Notes under the pieces: model-generated | What the model was told of the DNA's origin: nothing | Database searches by the model: none | What the model saw: only the letters and a program-made list of their open reading frames with translations | In this document: in pieces, positions 49,451 to 62,203 of the stretch | Layout: each line of letters begins with the position of its first letter | Position numbering within the stretch: position 1 is the first letter of the stretch | Made by a program: the position numbers and the translations under genes | DNA from: Chromatiales bacterium | GTDB lineage: Bacteria; Pseudomonadota; Gammaproteobacteria; SZUA-140 | Assembly (NCBI GenBank): GCA_050486285.1 | Contig: JBJHCZ010000015.1 | Coordinates: 4,294-68,293 of the forward strand | Length of the DNA stretch: 64,000 nt | Direction of reading: 5' to 3'

Positions 49451-50130
49451 CGGCCGGCTCCGGTCGGCGCGAGCCGGCCGTCGGCGAGCACCATGACGCG
49501 ATCGGCACTCGCCGCCACCTCGCGGGCATGGGTCACGATCAGCAGGATGCCGCCGTTCTCGCGCGCGAGACGCATCAGGAGATCGAGGACCCGACGGCCG
49601 GTTTCCTCGTCGAGATTACCGGTCGGTTCGTCGGCCAGCACGAGGGCCGGTTCATGCACCAGCGCGCGGGCGATTGCGATGCGCTGCTGCTCGCCGCCGG
49701 ACAGGCGGTCGGGGAAGTCAGCGCCGCGGTCCGCGAGTCCGACCGCGTCGAGCAGCGCATGGGCGCGGCCGGGGTCGCGGCGGTTCAGCTCGAGCGGCAA
49801 CAGCAGGTTCTCGAGCACCGTCAGCGTCGGCAACAGGTTGAAGAACTGGTAAACGAAGCCGATGTGGCGGCGGCGGAACAGCGTGCGCACGCGTTCGTCC
49901 ATGCGCGTGAGGTCGAGGCCATTGACGATGACGCTGCCGCCGTCGGGCGGATCGATGCCGCCGATCAGATTCAGCAGCGTCGATTTGCCGGAACCGCTGC
50001 GACCGACCAGCGCGATGCATTCGCCGGCAACGGCATCGAGGTCAACCCCGCGCAGTACCTCGCGGACGCGGGCGCCCTCGCGCCAGGCATGGCGAAGACC
50101 GCGGATGAGCAGGGAAGGCGGGTCGTTCAT
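49447..50130 (-). CDS. ABC transporter ATP-binding protein (LolD-like)
   Basis: GRSGSGKST, LSGGEQQR, DEPTGNLD. Confidence 0.95.
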   Translation of the reverse strand: MNDPPSLLIRGLRHAWREGARVREVLRGVDLDAVAGECIALVGRSGSGKSTLLNLIGGIDPPDGGSVIVNGLDLTRMDERVRTLFRRRHIGFVYQFFNLLPTLTVLENLLLPLELNRRDPGRAHALLDAVGLADRGADFPDRLSGGEQQRIAIARALVHEPALVLADEPTGNLDEETGRRVLDLLMRLARENGGILLIVTHAREVAASADRVMVLADGRLAPTGAGR

Positions 50131-50150
50131 CGGCGATCCGGGATCATCCG

Positions 50151-50360
50151 TCAGCCGTCGCGTTCGATCTTCTCCAGGATCACCGAGGGATCCTCGTCGC
50201 GCCGGTAGTAGGGCGGGCGTGCCTGCATTTCCTGCCAGGCCTTGTCGCGTTCCTCCGGGGTATCGAACCAGCGGAAGCCCTCCCAGTCCGGGCCGAGCAG
50301 GTGTGGCGAGGCCATCGTATCGCCCGGCGGCAGGGTGACGCGGATGCCGTATCGTTTCAT
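50151..50360 (-). CDS. Small hypothetical protein
   Basis: Fills the gap in a co-oriented operon; protein-like sequence (HLLGPDW..RWF..YYR). Confidence 0.7.
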   Translation of the reverse strand: MKRYGIRVTLPPGDTMASPHLLGPDWEGFRWFDTPEERDKAWQEMQARPPYYRRDEDPSVILEKIERDG

Positions 50361-50364
50361 GGGT

Positions 50365-50694
50365 TCACTCCACGGATTTGTTCTGTTCGGAATCAGGCGC
50401 AGTGACGGGTCCTTGCAGGTGCAGCGCGGCCTTGGCCATCAGGTGCGCGCTGACCGGGGCGGTGATGAACAGGAACAGCATGATCAGCAGCTCGTGCAGG
50501 CTGACGCCCTCTTCATTGAAGCTGAAGTACAGCGCCGAGGCAATCAGCATGCCGCCGACGCCGAGCGTCGTCGCCTTGGTCGGTCCGTGCAGGCGGCTGA
50601 AGAAGTCCGGCAGCCGCATCAGGCCGATCGAGCCGATCAGCGCGAAGCCGGCGCCGCCGACCAGGAAAAAGGCAATCAGCCATTCATGCCACAT
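50365..50694 (-). CDS. mrpG: Mrp/Pha cation:H+ antiporter subunit G
   Basis: RLPDFFSRLHGPTKATTLG, TAPVSAH. Confidence 0.92.
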   Translation of the reverse strand: MWHEWLIAFFLVGGAGFALIGSIGLMRLPDFFSRLHGPTKATTLGVGGMLIASALYFSFNEEGVSLHELLIMLFLFITAPVSAHLMAKAALHLQGPVTAPDSEQNKSVE

Positions 50695-50706
50695 ATCCGC
50701 CTCCGC

Positions 50707-50976
50707 TCATTCTATGATATCGCCGCGCAGCAGGTATTTGCAGATCGCCACGGTGCCGACGAAGCCCATCATCGCAATCAGCAGCGCGGCCTCGAAATAC
50801 AGGTTGTCGCCGAGATGCACGCCGAGGATCATCAGCAGCGCGATGGTATTGATATACATCGTGTCGAGCGCCAGCGTGCGGTCGAGGATCGACGGACCCT
50901 GCACCGCCCGCCACAGATTCAGCAGCAGGGCGATACCCAGCATGGCGTAGGCGATCCAGATCGCGGCGGTCAGCAT
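50707..50976 (-). CDS. mrpF: Mrp/Pha antiporter subunit F
   Basis: GPSILDRTLALD, GFVGTVA. Confidence 0.92.
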   Translation of the reverse strand: MLTAAIWIAYAMLGIALLLNLWRAVQGPSILDRTLALDTMYINTIALLMILGVHLGDNLYFEAALLIAMMGFVGTVAICKYLLRGDIIE

Positions 50977-51461
50977 CCGAAGATCTCCCGCAGCGGTTGC
51001 TCGTACTTGCGCTTGATATCGGCGATCAGCGCATCCTTGTCCGACACGTCCAGCGCGTGGATGATCAGCGTGCGGCGATCCTCGCTGAGATCGGACGACA
51101 CCGTGCCAGGGGTCAGCGAGATCAGGCTGGCCAGCACCGTGATCGCGAACTCGTTGTCGATCTCGAGCGGATATTCGACGAAATCGGGTTTGATCCTGTC
51201 GACCGGCGAGAGGATCTGGCGGGCGACGGTGAAGTTCGCGATGACGATGTCCCTGAGCAGGCGCAGGGCCAGACGCAGGATCATGCCGGGCCGACCGATG
51301 TGCGGGCGCTCCGGCCAGAAGGCATTACTGAACAACGGGATCAGCACGCCGAGCACGGCGCCGAGCAGCACATGCGCGAACGAGATTTCGTTGACGAGCA
51401 GCAGCCACACCAGCATCAGCGCGATGCTCATCAACGGATGGGGGAGCAGTCTCTGTTTCAT
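50970..51461 (-). CDS. mrpE: Mrp/Pha antiporter subunit E
   Basis: ISLTPGT, IHALD, YEQPLREIF. Confidence 0.92.
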   Translation of the reverse strand: MKQRLLPHPLMSIALMLVWLLLVNEISFAHVLLGAVLGVLIPLFSNAFWPERPHIGRPGMILRLALRLLRDIVIANFTVARQILSPVDRIKPDFVEYPLEIDNEFAITVLASLISLTPGTVSSDLSEDRRTLIIHALDVSDKDALIADIKRKYEQPLREIFGC

Positions 51462-52987
51462 TCGACGGTTCCTCCGGCGCCGACTCCCTCGCCGAGCACG
51501 GCCTCGATGTAGCCGGCCGGGAATGCCAGTTGCAATGCCGTCGCCGCGGCGAAGTCATGGATCGGTTGCAGGAACAGTACCAGCACCGGGCTGGCGGCCA
51601 GCGGCAGCAGCATCGCGACCATGACGGGAGCCGGCGTCTGCAATACGCGCGGCTCGCCGGCGGCAGTCTTCCAGAAGATGCCGCTGCCGGCGCGGCTCAT
51701 CGCGACGATGCCGATCAGGCTGCCCGCGAGTATCGTCGCCCACAGCCAGGCGAGGGCCGGATGTCCCGTGCCGGCATCGAGGATCAGCACCTTGCCGAAG
51801 AAGCCGCTGAGCGGGGGCATGCCGGCCATCGAGATCGCGGCGATGAAAAAGATCGCGCTGAGCAGCGCCGGTCGCGTGACCGGATTGTCGGGATAAAAGC
51901 TGTCGCCCGCGGTCGGCCGCTGGCGGGCGATGACATCGGCCATCAGATAGAGACAGACCGTGATCAGCGTCGAATGGACCATGTAATACAGCGCGGCGTT
52001 GAAGCCATCGGCGGTGAACAGACCGACGGCGGCCAGCATCGTGCCGATCGATACGATCAGCAGATAGGAGACGAGCTGGCGCAGGTGGCGCGCGGCGAGG
52101 GCGCCGATCGCGCCGAGCGCGACGGTCGCCAGCGCGAGCGGCAGCAGCCAGGTCTCGGCGAGTCCGGCGGCGACGCCGCCATGGGCGCCGAAGACCAGCG
52201 TGAACACGCGCAATATCGAATAGACACCGACCTTGGTCATGATCGCGAACATCGCGGCGACCGCGGCGGCGGCGTTGCTGTAGGCGGCGGGCAGCCAGAA
52301 GTACAGGGGGAGGAGCGCCGCCTTCAGCGCGAACACCGCGAGGAGGATCAGTCCGCCGGCACGCAGCAGCGCGGCATCGCCGTCGCCAGCCGCGGCGACC
52401 GCCACGGCGAGATCGGCCATGTTCAGCGTGCCGGTGACGCTATAGAGGATGCCGACCGCGATCAGGAACAGCGCCGAGCCGGCGAGATTCAGTACGACGT
52501 AATGCAGGGTCGCGCGGGTGCGCGCGGGTCCGGCGCCTTCGCCGCGCAGCAGCAGGCCATAGGAGGCGATCAGCAGGATCTCGAAGAACACGAACAGATT
52601 GAACAGGTCGCCGGTGAGGAACGCGCCGTTCAACCCGAGCAGCAGGAACTGGAACAGGATATGGAAATACGGATCGCGGCGCAGCTCGCCGGTGAAGGCA
52701 TAGAGCAGGCTGAACAGCGCGACCAGCGAGGTCAGCACCAGCATCAGCGCGCTCAGGCGGTCGAGCACGAGGACGATGCCGAAGGGCGCCGGCCAGTTGC
52801 CGAGGGCGTAGACCTGGTAGTTGCCGGCGGCAGCGTCGGCGAGCAGCCAAATCGAAGCCAGCAGTACGACGAGGGTGGCGCCGAGATTGAGCTGCGCCGG
52901 CAGCGCGTCCTCGCGGCGGCTCAGCAGCAGCATCAATGCGCCGACCAGCAGCGGCACGAGTACCGGGATCGTGATCAGATGGCTCAT
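51458..52987 (-). CDS. mrpD: Mrp/Pha antiporter subunit D
   Basis: TGDLFNLFVFFEI, WLPAAY, TKVGVY, PPLSGF. Confidence 0.93.
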   Translation of the reverse strand: MSHLITIPVLVPLLVGALMLLLSRREDALPAQLNLGATLVVLLASIWLLADAAAGNYQVYALGNWPAPFGIVLVLDRLSALMLVLTSLVALFSLLYAFTGELRRDPYFHILFQFLLLGLNGAFLTGDLFNLFVFFEILLIASYGLLLRGEGAGPARTRATLHYVVLNLAGSALFLIAVGILYSVTGTLNMADLAVAVAAAGDGDAALLRAGGLILLAVFALKAALLPLYFWLPAAYSNAAAAVAAMFAIMTKVGVYSILRVFTLVFGAHGGVAAGLAETWLLPLALATVALGAIGALAARHLRQLVSYLLIVSIGTMLAAVGLFTADGFNAALYYMVHSTLITVCLYLMADVIARQRPTAGDSFYPDNPVTRPALLSAIFFIAAISMAGMPPLSGFFGKVLILDAGTGHPALAWLWATILAGSLIGIVAMSRAGSGIFWKTAAGEPRVLQTPAPVMVAMLLPLAASPVLVLFLQPIHDFAAATALQLAFPAGYIEAVLGEGVGAGGTVE

Positions 52988-53327
52988 TCGTCGCGCCCCC
53001 GGTCATGGCCGGCGCCGTCGACGTGATCGGTGTCGAGGTCGCCGCGCGCGCGCAAGGCGAGGATCACGAGGAAGGCGACCATGCCGAAGCCGATGACGAT
53101 CGCAGTCAGCACCAGCGCCTGCGGCAGCGGATCGGCATACTCGGTAACGCCGTCACGGATGACGCCGGGATGCCCGGTCACGAGTCCGCCCGAACTGAAC
53201 AGGAACAGGTTGACTGCGTAGGACAGCAGCGTCAGCCCGAGCACGACCGGGTAGGTGCGGGCGCGCAGCATCAGATAGATGCCGCAGGCGGTCAGCACGG
53301 CGATGCCGGCAGCGAACAGCGCTTCCA

Positions 53328-53328
<1 letters not shown>
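52984..53328 (-). CDS. mrpC: Mrp/Pha antiporter subunit C
   Basis: DPLPQALVLTAIVIGF; true start at 53328 (MEALF). Confidence 0.92.
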
Positions 53329-56144
<2,816 letters not shown>

Positions 56145-56329
56145 GACCAGTGATTAGTGCCCGGGTGTCCGGCATCCGTTCCGTCGATAAGCGCCACATG
56201 TTAACACGGATTCGTGTCGCCGCTGCCGCTCGACGATCGGCGCGGCGCTTGCGATCGTCACCGTACACGCACGACAATGGGGGTTTTACGACCTCGATGA
56301 AGCAGCGATGACCGGGAGGGCGAGTTGAC

Positions 56330-57340
56330 ATGAGGGCGGTCGTGATGACCGGCGTGGGTGGGCCGGGGACGCTGGCATTGCGCGAGCTGCCGGAACCGGC
56401 GATCGATGCGCCGCGGCAGATCAAGGTGCGTTTGCGCGCCGCCGGCGTCAATCCGGTCGATGCCAAGCAACGCGCGCGCGGACTGTACGCGGCGGGCGCG
56501 CTGCCCGCGATACTCGGTTGCGACGGCGCCGGCGTCGTCGTCGAGACCGGCGCCGGGGTCACGCGCTTCCGGCCCGGCGACGCGGTGTGGTTCTGCGACG
56601 GCGGCATCGGCGGTGCGCAGGGTTGCTACGCGGAGTTCAAGGTCCTGCACGAGGACCATGCCAGGGCCAAACCGGCGTCGCTCGACTTCGTTCAGGCCGC
56701 CGCGGCGCCGCTCGCATTGATCACCGCGGCCGAGGCGCTGTTCGATCGCGCCCGCGTCCGGCCCGGCACCCGCGTGCTGATCCATGGCGGGACCGGCGGC
56801 GTCGGACATGTCGCGATACAGCTCGCCGTGATCGCGGGCGCGCGCGTCATCGCGACCGTCGGCAGCCGCGACAAGGCCGAGCATGCCCGCGCGCTCGGCG
56901 CGGAAGCGACCGTGGTCTATACGGAACAGGACTTCGTCGAGGCGGTCGCCGACTGGACCGCCGGCGCCGGCGTCGAGGTCGCGCTCGATACCGTCGGCGG
57001 CGAGGTGTTCGGTCGCACGATCCCGGCGGTCGCGCACTATGGCGATCTCGTCACGCTGCTCGAACCCCGCGCGGATACCGGCGCCGACGCCGGCTGGAAG
57101 GAGGCGCGCTTGCGCAATCTGCGCATCGGTTTCGTACTGATGCTGACGCCGATGATGCGCGGGTTGCCCGCCGCGCGCGCGCGCCAGGGGGAGATCCTCG
57201 ATGCCTGCGCCGGCTGGTGCGAGCAGGGCAGGCTCGCGATCGACGTCGGCGCCGTGCTGCCGCTCGCGGCGGCGGCCGAGGCCCACCGCCTGATCGAGCA
57301 GGGGCATACGCGCGGCAAGCTGGTGCTGGACATTGGCTGA
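56330..57340 (+). CDS. MDR-family NADPH:quinone oxidoreductase-like protein
   Basis: AAGVNPVD, HGGTGGVGH, GKLVL. Confidence 0.88.
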   Translation: MRAVVMTGVGGPGTLALRELPEPAIDAPRQIKVRLRAAGVNPVDAKQRARGLYAAGALPAILGCDGAGVVVETGAGVTRFRPGDAVWFCDGGIGGAQGCYAEFKVLHEDHARAKPASLDFVQAAAAPLALITAAEALFDRARVRPGTRVLIHGGTGGVGHVAIQLAVIAGARVIATVGSRDKAEHARALGAEATVVYTEQDFVEAVADWTAGAGVEVALDTVGGEVFGRTIPAVAHYGDLVTLLEPRADTGADAGWKEARLRNLRIGFVLMLTPMMRGLPAARARQGEILDACAGWCEQGRLAIDVGAVLPLAAAAEAHRLIEQGHTRGKLVLDIG

Positions 57341-58373
57341 GCGCAGACCGGCGCGTCGCGTCGCGGCCTTGCCTGCGAGAAGGGCGGGGCTTGCCTGTGT
57401 CGCGATCGCACTGGCGACGGTTGCCGCGGCGGCGACCGCCGATCCGCGCCTGCCGGCGACCTTCGTCACGATGAACCAGAATCCGTTCATCCAGGTCTTT
57501 CAGCTGCCCTGGTCGTCCGCTCCCGCGCCTCCTGCCTCCGGGTCATGGGCGTTCGGCTGGACGCTCGATGTCGCCAACAGCTCGATCAGCGAAGACTCGG
57601 GCGAGCGGCGCGTCGTCATCGACGGCGAGACCTGGCGCGCGAATCTCGCGATCACGCGCGGGTTGACGCCGCGCCTCGAGGCCGGGGTCGTCGTGCCGCT
57701 GGTCTCGCACCAGGCGGGGATCTTCGACGGCTTCATCCGCGACTGGCATGACGTGTTCGGGTTGACCAACAGCCGCCGTGACCGGTTCGAGGATTATTCA
57801 CTCGAGTATCGGTATACGGATGCCGGCGACGCGCAGGTCGAGGTGGTCTCGGCCAGCTCGGGCATCGGTGACGTGCGCCTGACCGCCGCCTGGCGGCTCG
57901 ACAGGGATGCCGGTGACGATCGCCGCCTGATGCTGCGCGCCGGCATCAAGCTGCCGACCGGCAGTGCCTCGCGCCTGCACGGCAGCGGCGGCACCGATCT
58001 GTCGCTGCAACTGCAGTCGACCGACGGGCGCACGCTGGCCTTCGCCGGCACGACGCTGTCATGGATGGTCGGCGTCATGAGGCTCGGACGCGGCGACGTG
58101 CTCGACGAACTGCGCCGCGACCATGTCGCGATCGGCAGCATCGGCATCGCGCAGCCGGTCTGGCGCAATCTGCTGCTCAAGGCCCAGTTCGATGCCCATG
58201 GGCCGTTCTATGACAGTGAACTCGAGGTCCTCGGCACGCGCGCGCTACAGTTCGTCATCGGCGGCGCGATCCTCCTGCCGCGCGGCGTCCTCGATTTCGG
58301 CCTGGTCGAGAACGTCGTCACCGACCCGACGCCCGACTTTGGCATACACTTCGCATGGCACACGCTGTTATAA
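57333..58373 (+). CDS. DUF3187-like outer-membrane protein
   Basis: Signal peptide, NQNPF, IDGE, DWHDVFGL, GIGDV, KLPTG..GSG; start uncertain. Confidence 0.6.
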   Translation: MAERRPARRVAALPARRAGLACVAIALATVAAAATADPRLPATFVTMNQNPFIQVFQLPWSSAPAPPASGSWAFGWTLDVANSSISEDSGERRVVIDGETWRANLAITRGLTPRLEAGVVVPLVSHQAGIFDGFIRDWHDVFGLTNSRRDRFEDYSLEYRYTDAGDAQVEVVSASSGIGDVRLTAAWRLDRDAGDDRRLMLRAGIKLPTGSASRLHGSGGTDLSLQLQSTDGRTLAFAGTTLSWMVGVMRLGRGDVLDELRRDHVAIGSIGIAQPVWRNLLLKAQFDAHGPFYDSELEVLGTRALQFVIGGAILLPRGVLDFGLVENVVTDPTPDFGIHFAWHTLL

Positions 58374-58414
58374 TGCGCCGTTTTCTGGAACGAACCGAGC
58401 ATCCCGCGCCGTCC

Positions 58415-59284
58415 ATGTCATACATCCGGCTGTTCGCCGCCCTGATCCTGCTGTCGCTGCCGGCCGTCGCCGCGGCCGGCGCCTTTTCGCCCTCGCTGCT
58501 GCTGTCGCCGACCTCGCTCGCCGAGGCCGATGATGTCGCCGCCGGGGACGGCGACTGGCGCCTGCCGGAAGGGACGCTGCGCGCCTCGCGTCTGCCCAAT
58601 GGCTTCGAGATCCCCGACCAGCCGGACCGCGACGGCCTCCGCAAGGACACCTATTATTTCGTGTTCAGCCAGTTCTTCGTCATCGGTATCCTGTATGTGA
58701 TGCCGGAGGACATCTCCGGCTGGACCGACGAGCAGAAGGACAACTTCACGCTCTCGAAGTACACCGACAACATCAGCGAGATCCGCTGGGACTCCGATCG
58801 CTGGTGGATCAACTATGTCCTGCATCCCTACTGGGGCGGCGCCTACTATGTGCGGGCGCGGGAGCGCGGCTACGATGACGACCAGGCCTTCTGGTACTCG
58901 GTGCTGCTGTCGACGATGTTCGAGTACGGCGCCGAGGCGATCTTCGAGGTGCCGTCGATCCAGGACCTGATACTGACGCCGGGGCTCGGCTATTTCTTCG
59001 GCCGCTACATGATGGGCCTGCGCGACGACCTGCGCGCGCAACTGCGCGCCGGCCATGAACTGAGCGCCGGCGATCGCGCGATGCTGTTCGTGACCGATCC
59101 GCTCGGGTCGGTCAACAAGGCCCTCGATCGCATGTTCGGGATTCGCGGCGACTATCAGTTCTCGCCGTTCATGGTCACGCCGTCGGCGCAGTCCGCCTTT
59201 CACCAGGACGACCTCGACGAAGGTCCGCATGCCGTGGTCGCCGGCACCATCGCGCCGGGCCTGCAACTCCATCTGCGCTGGTAG
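58415..59284 (+). CDS. DUF3943-like exported/membrane protein
   Basis: Signal peptide, WDSD..WINYVLHPYWG..YY..AR, FEYGAE, PSIQDL. Confidence 0.65.
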   Translation: MSYIRLFAALILLSLPAVAAAGAFSPSLLLSPTSLAEADDVAAGDGDWRLPEGTLRASRLPNGFEIPDQPDRDGLRKDTYYFVFSQFFVIGILYVMPEDISGWTDEQKDNFTLSKYTDNISEIRWDSDRWWINYVLHPYWGGAYYVRARERGYDDDQAFWYSVLLSTMFEYGAEAIFEVPSIQDLILTPGLGYFFGRYMMGLRDDLRAQLRAGHELSAGDRAMLFVTDPLGSVNKALDRMFGIRGDYQFSPFMVTPSAQSAFHQDDLDEGPHAVVAGTIAPGLQLHLRW

Positions 59285-59355
59285 CGCGCACCGCTGACAG
59301 GACCCGGCGACGGGTGTATCCTGAGGTTTGATACCCCCTGCAGGAGGGCCTGCCG

Positions 59356-59907
59356 ATGTCCGCGATCCGGATGTTCCTCGCCGCTTCATTGAGCCTTTCG
59401 CTGTTTGGCCTCGGCACGGCCGCCAAGGCCGGCGACCTGCGCGTCGGCGCCGCGGCGCCCGATTTCATGCTGAGTGACCAGCATGGCCGCACCCACCGGC
59501 TGTCCGATTATCAGGGGCGCTGGGTCGTCCTCTATTTCTATCCGAAGAACGACACCCCCGGCTGCACCGAGGAGGCCTGCCGTTTCCGCGACGATATCGC
59601 CTATTTCAACTCGATCGGCGCGCAGGTCTTCGGCGTCAGCGTCGACAGCGTCGAAAGCCATGCGGCCTTTGCCGAGAAACACAGCCTGCCGTTCCCGCTG
59701 CTGTCCGATGCCCAGGGCGCGACGGCGCAGGCCTATGGCTCGCTGCGCAATTTCGGGCTGTTCAAGCTCGCGCAGCGCCACAGCTTCATCATCGATCCCG
59801 CCGGCAGGATCGCGAAGATCTACCGCCAGGTCTCGCCGTCCACACACAGCGCGGAGGTCATCGACGACCTGACGGCCCTGTTGCGCGAGCGCCCGGCCGC
59901 CTCCTGA
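59356..59907 (+). CDS. Peroxiredoxin (BCP/PrxQ-like) with signal peptide
   Basis: YFYPKNDTPGCTEEAC. Confidence 0.92.
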   Translation: MSAIRMFLAASLSLSLFGLGTAAKAGDLRVGAAAPDFMLSDQHGRTHRLSDYQGRWVVLYFYPKNDTPGCTEEACRFRDDIAYFNSIGAQVFGVSVDSVESHAAFAEKHSLPFPLLSDAQGATAQAYGSLRNFGLFKLAQRHSFIIDPAGRIAKIYRQVSPSTHSAEVIDDLTALLRERPAAS

Positions 59908-60006
59908 GGCGCGGTCGTCAAGATTCCGTCGGGCGCAGGACGACGCACCGAAGTCTTCAGAATCCTTGCGATTGGTCGATAGACTGGTGACTCAGGAGCA
60001 CACCCG

Positions 60007-60333
60007 ATGATCACCATTTCAAGCGAATTCAACGAGCCGATCCCGGCGTGGGACGTCGCCCTCGAGGCCCTGATCCGCGAGGAGACCCGGAACCTCGGTC
60101 GGCCGCTGTCGCTCGGCGATTTCCAGCGACTGTCGCGGCAGCACGCGATCCGTTTCGACGACCTGATGGCGACGCTGTTCGAGCTCGCGATCCACGGCCG
60201 CTGGGCCTATCGGGACGAGCAGGGCGCGACCGTCGATATCACCCGCGATCTCTATGAGTCGCTGCGTCGTAACGGGCGCATCGAGGTCGCGGACGTCAGG
60301 GAGTTCACCGGGGACTGGCGGGCGACCGCCTGA
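60007..60333 (+). CDS. Hypothetical protein
   Basis: AGGAG RBS, host-like codon usage. Confidence 0.7.
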   Translation: MITISSEFNEPIPAWDVALEALIREETRNLGRPLSLGDFQRLSRQHAIRFDDLMATLFELAIHGRWAYRDEQGATVDITRDLYESLRRNGRIEVADVREFTGDWRATA

Positions 60334-60342
60334 GTCGCGGCG

Positions 60343-60960
60343 ATGACCCGCTACGACCTCGTCTTCAGCGGTGAACTGATCGAGGGCTGCGACCCGGCCC
60401 AGGTGCGCCGCGATCTCGAGCGCCTGTTCCGCGCCGACGCCAACGCCGTCGCGCGTCTGTTCACCGGCAAGCCGGTCGTCATCAAGCGGGACCTCGACGA
60501 ACAGGCGGCGAGGCGCTATCGCGCGGCGCTGCAGCAGGTCGGTGCGCTGTGCCGCCTCCATCCGTCCGCCGCCGAGCCGGCGCCGACGGAGAGACCGGCG
60601 CCGGCGCGCTCCGCCGGCGCGCTCGCCGGAACCGAGATCCTGCCGCCCGGCTCGATCCTGACCGAGCCGCAGACGATCCATCCTCCCGACTTCGACCTTT
60701 CCGCGTTCAGTATCGCGCCGACCGGGGTGACGCTGGTCGAGCATGAGACCCCAGTCGTGGTCGCGCCGGCGCCCGGCGCCTTCGATGTCGCGCCGGCCGG
60801 CGCCGATCTCGTCGATCCGCGGCCGGTCGCGCCGGCCCCGATCCCCGATATCAGCGCCTTGTCGATGGCCCCGCCGCGGACCGAGGTGCTGACCCCGGAG
60901 GAGCGCGCGAAACCCGCGCCCCCCCCGCCCGCCGTGCCCGACCTGAAACTCGCCGACTGA
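60343..60960 (+). CDS. Hypothetical protein with N-terminal globular domain and Pro-rich repeats
   Basis: YDLVFSG...LFTGKPVVIKRDL..A.RY; repeated hydrophobic-A/L-P-x-G units. Confidence 0.7.
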   Translation: MTRYDLVFSGELIEGCDPAQVRRDLERLFRADANAVARLFTGKPVVIKRDLDEQAARRYRAALQQVGALCRLHPSAAEPAPTERPAPARSAGALAGTEILPPGSILTEPQTIHPPDFDLSAFSIAPTGVTLVEHETPVVVAPAPGAFDVAPAGADLVDPRPVAPAPIPDISALSMAPPRTEVLTPEERAKPAPPPPAVPDLKLAD

Positions 60961-61008
60961 TCCCGCTTCCCGCTGTTCAGCCCCGGCAGGTTTCATCTGC
61001 TGTCGTCA

Positions 61009-61167
61009 GTCCGTATTATTCATGAACCGCATAAATCTTTCCGGAGGGCCGTGGTCGGGGTGACCTTTTCAGGGGCCTCCGGGACAGGATGTCTCGGCGG
61101 CCCCTGAAAAGGTCACCCCGACCACGGCCCGGAGCGCACGGGCATCGAATTCATGAATAATACGGAC
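61009..61167. mobile_element. MITE-like element with nested inverted repeats
   Basis: Perfect 18-bp TIR GTCCGTATTATTCATGAA (61009-61026 / 61150-61167) and perfect 32-bp inner IR (61046-61077 / 61099-61130). Confidence 0.65.
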
Positions 61168-61211
61168 GAAGTACCAGCTGTAACTGACTAATCAGAAAGG
61201 AGAGAATCATA

Positions 61212-62003
61212 ATGCATGCGAGATGGCTCTGTGGGCTGATGATCGGACTGCTGGCGCTGCCGCTGCACGCGGCGGTGGTGACCAAGGACGTCGAATACGA
61301 GGCGGGTGGGGCGCGCATGATCGGCTACCTGGCCTGGGACGACGCCATCAAGGGCCCGCGCCCCGGCGTGCTCGTCGTCCACGAGTGGTGGGGGCTGAAC
61401 GACTATGCGCGGTCGCGCGCCCGCCAGCTCGCAGAACTCGGCTACACCGCGCTCGCGGTGGACATGTACGGCGATGGCCGCCAGGCCGACCACCCCGAAC
61501 GCGCCGGCGCGCTGGCCCAGGAGGTCAACTCACGCTGGGACGACGCCCGCGCGCGTTTTGCCGCCGCGCTCGAACTGCTGCGCGCCCAGGAGACCACCGA
61601 CGATGCCCGTACCGCCGCGATCGGCTACTGCTTCGGTGGTGGAATGGTGCTCAATATGGCGCGGGAAGGCTTTGATCTGGATGGCGTTGTCAGTTTCCAC
61701 GGCAGCCTCGGCGCGCATACGCCGGCGGCGCCCGGCCAGGTTGTCGCCAGGGTGCTGGTGCTGCACGGGGCCGATGATCCCTTCGTGCCCGACGACGAGG
61801 TCGCGGCGTTCAAGCGCGAGATGGACGCGGCCGGGGTCGATTACCGCTTTATCGCCTACCCGGGCGCGGTGCATGGCTTCACGAATCCGGATGCCGACCG
61901 TTTCGGCGCCGAGTTCAACCTCCCGCTGGCCTACGACCCTGAGGCCGACCGCGCCTCGTGGGCCGAGATGCAGGACTTCTTCAACCGGATCTTTTCGCGT
62001 TGA
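61212..62003 (+). CDS. Dienelactone hydrolase family protein
   Basis: Signal peptide, HEWWGLN, GYCFGG, HGFTNP. Confidence 0.92.
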   Translation: MHARWLCGLMIGLLALPLHAAVVTKDVEYEAGGARMIGYLAWDDAIKGPRPGVLVVHEWWGLNDYARSRARQLAELGYTALAVDMYGDGRQADHPERAGALAQEVNSRWDDARARFAAALELLRAQETTDDARTAAIGYCFGGGMVLNMAREGFDLDGVVSFHGSLGAHTPAAPGQVVARVLVLHGADDPFVPDDEVAAFKREMDAAGVDYRFIAYPGAVHGFTNPDADRFGAEFNLPLAYDPEADRASWAEMQDFFNRIFSR

Positions 62004-62203
62004 CAGGCTTGCCGTCGGTCCTTGATCCGCCGACGGAGAATTTGCCGGCAGGGGGTTGATTTGACATTCAATATGCCGATAGTCTTGTATTCGATCCGGA
62101 CATTCCGACGGTTAACTGCGATGCAATCGACAGTTAGCAGGCGAATTACACGTTATTTGTAACTTGATGTTCACCGCGAACAAGGGGTGGAACCCCGCGA
62201 CCG

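Noticed and set aside
45738-50130. ABC + lipocalin-like cluster as exporter of the putative signal
   Set aside because: It is a widespread AttEFGH-like module separated from the cluster by rimO, and the sequence gives no evidence of linkage.
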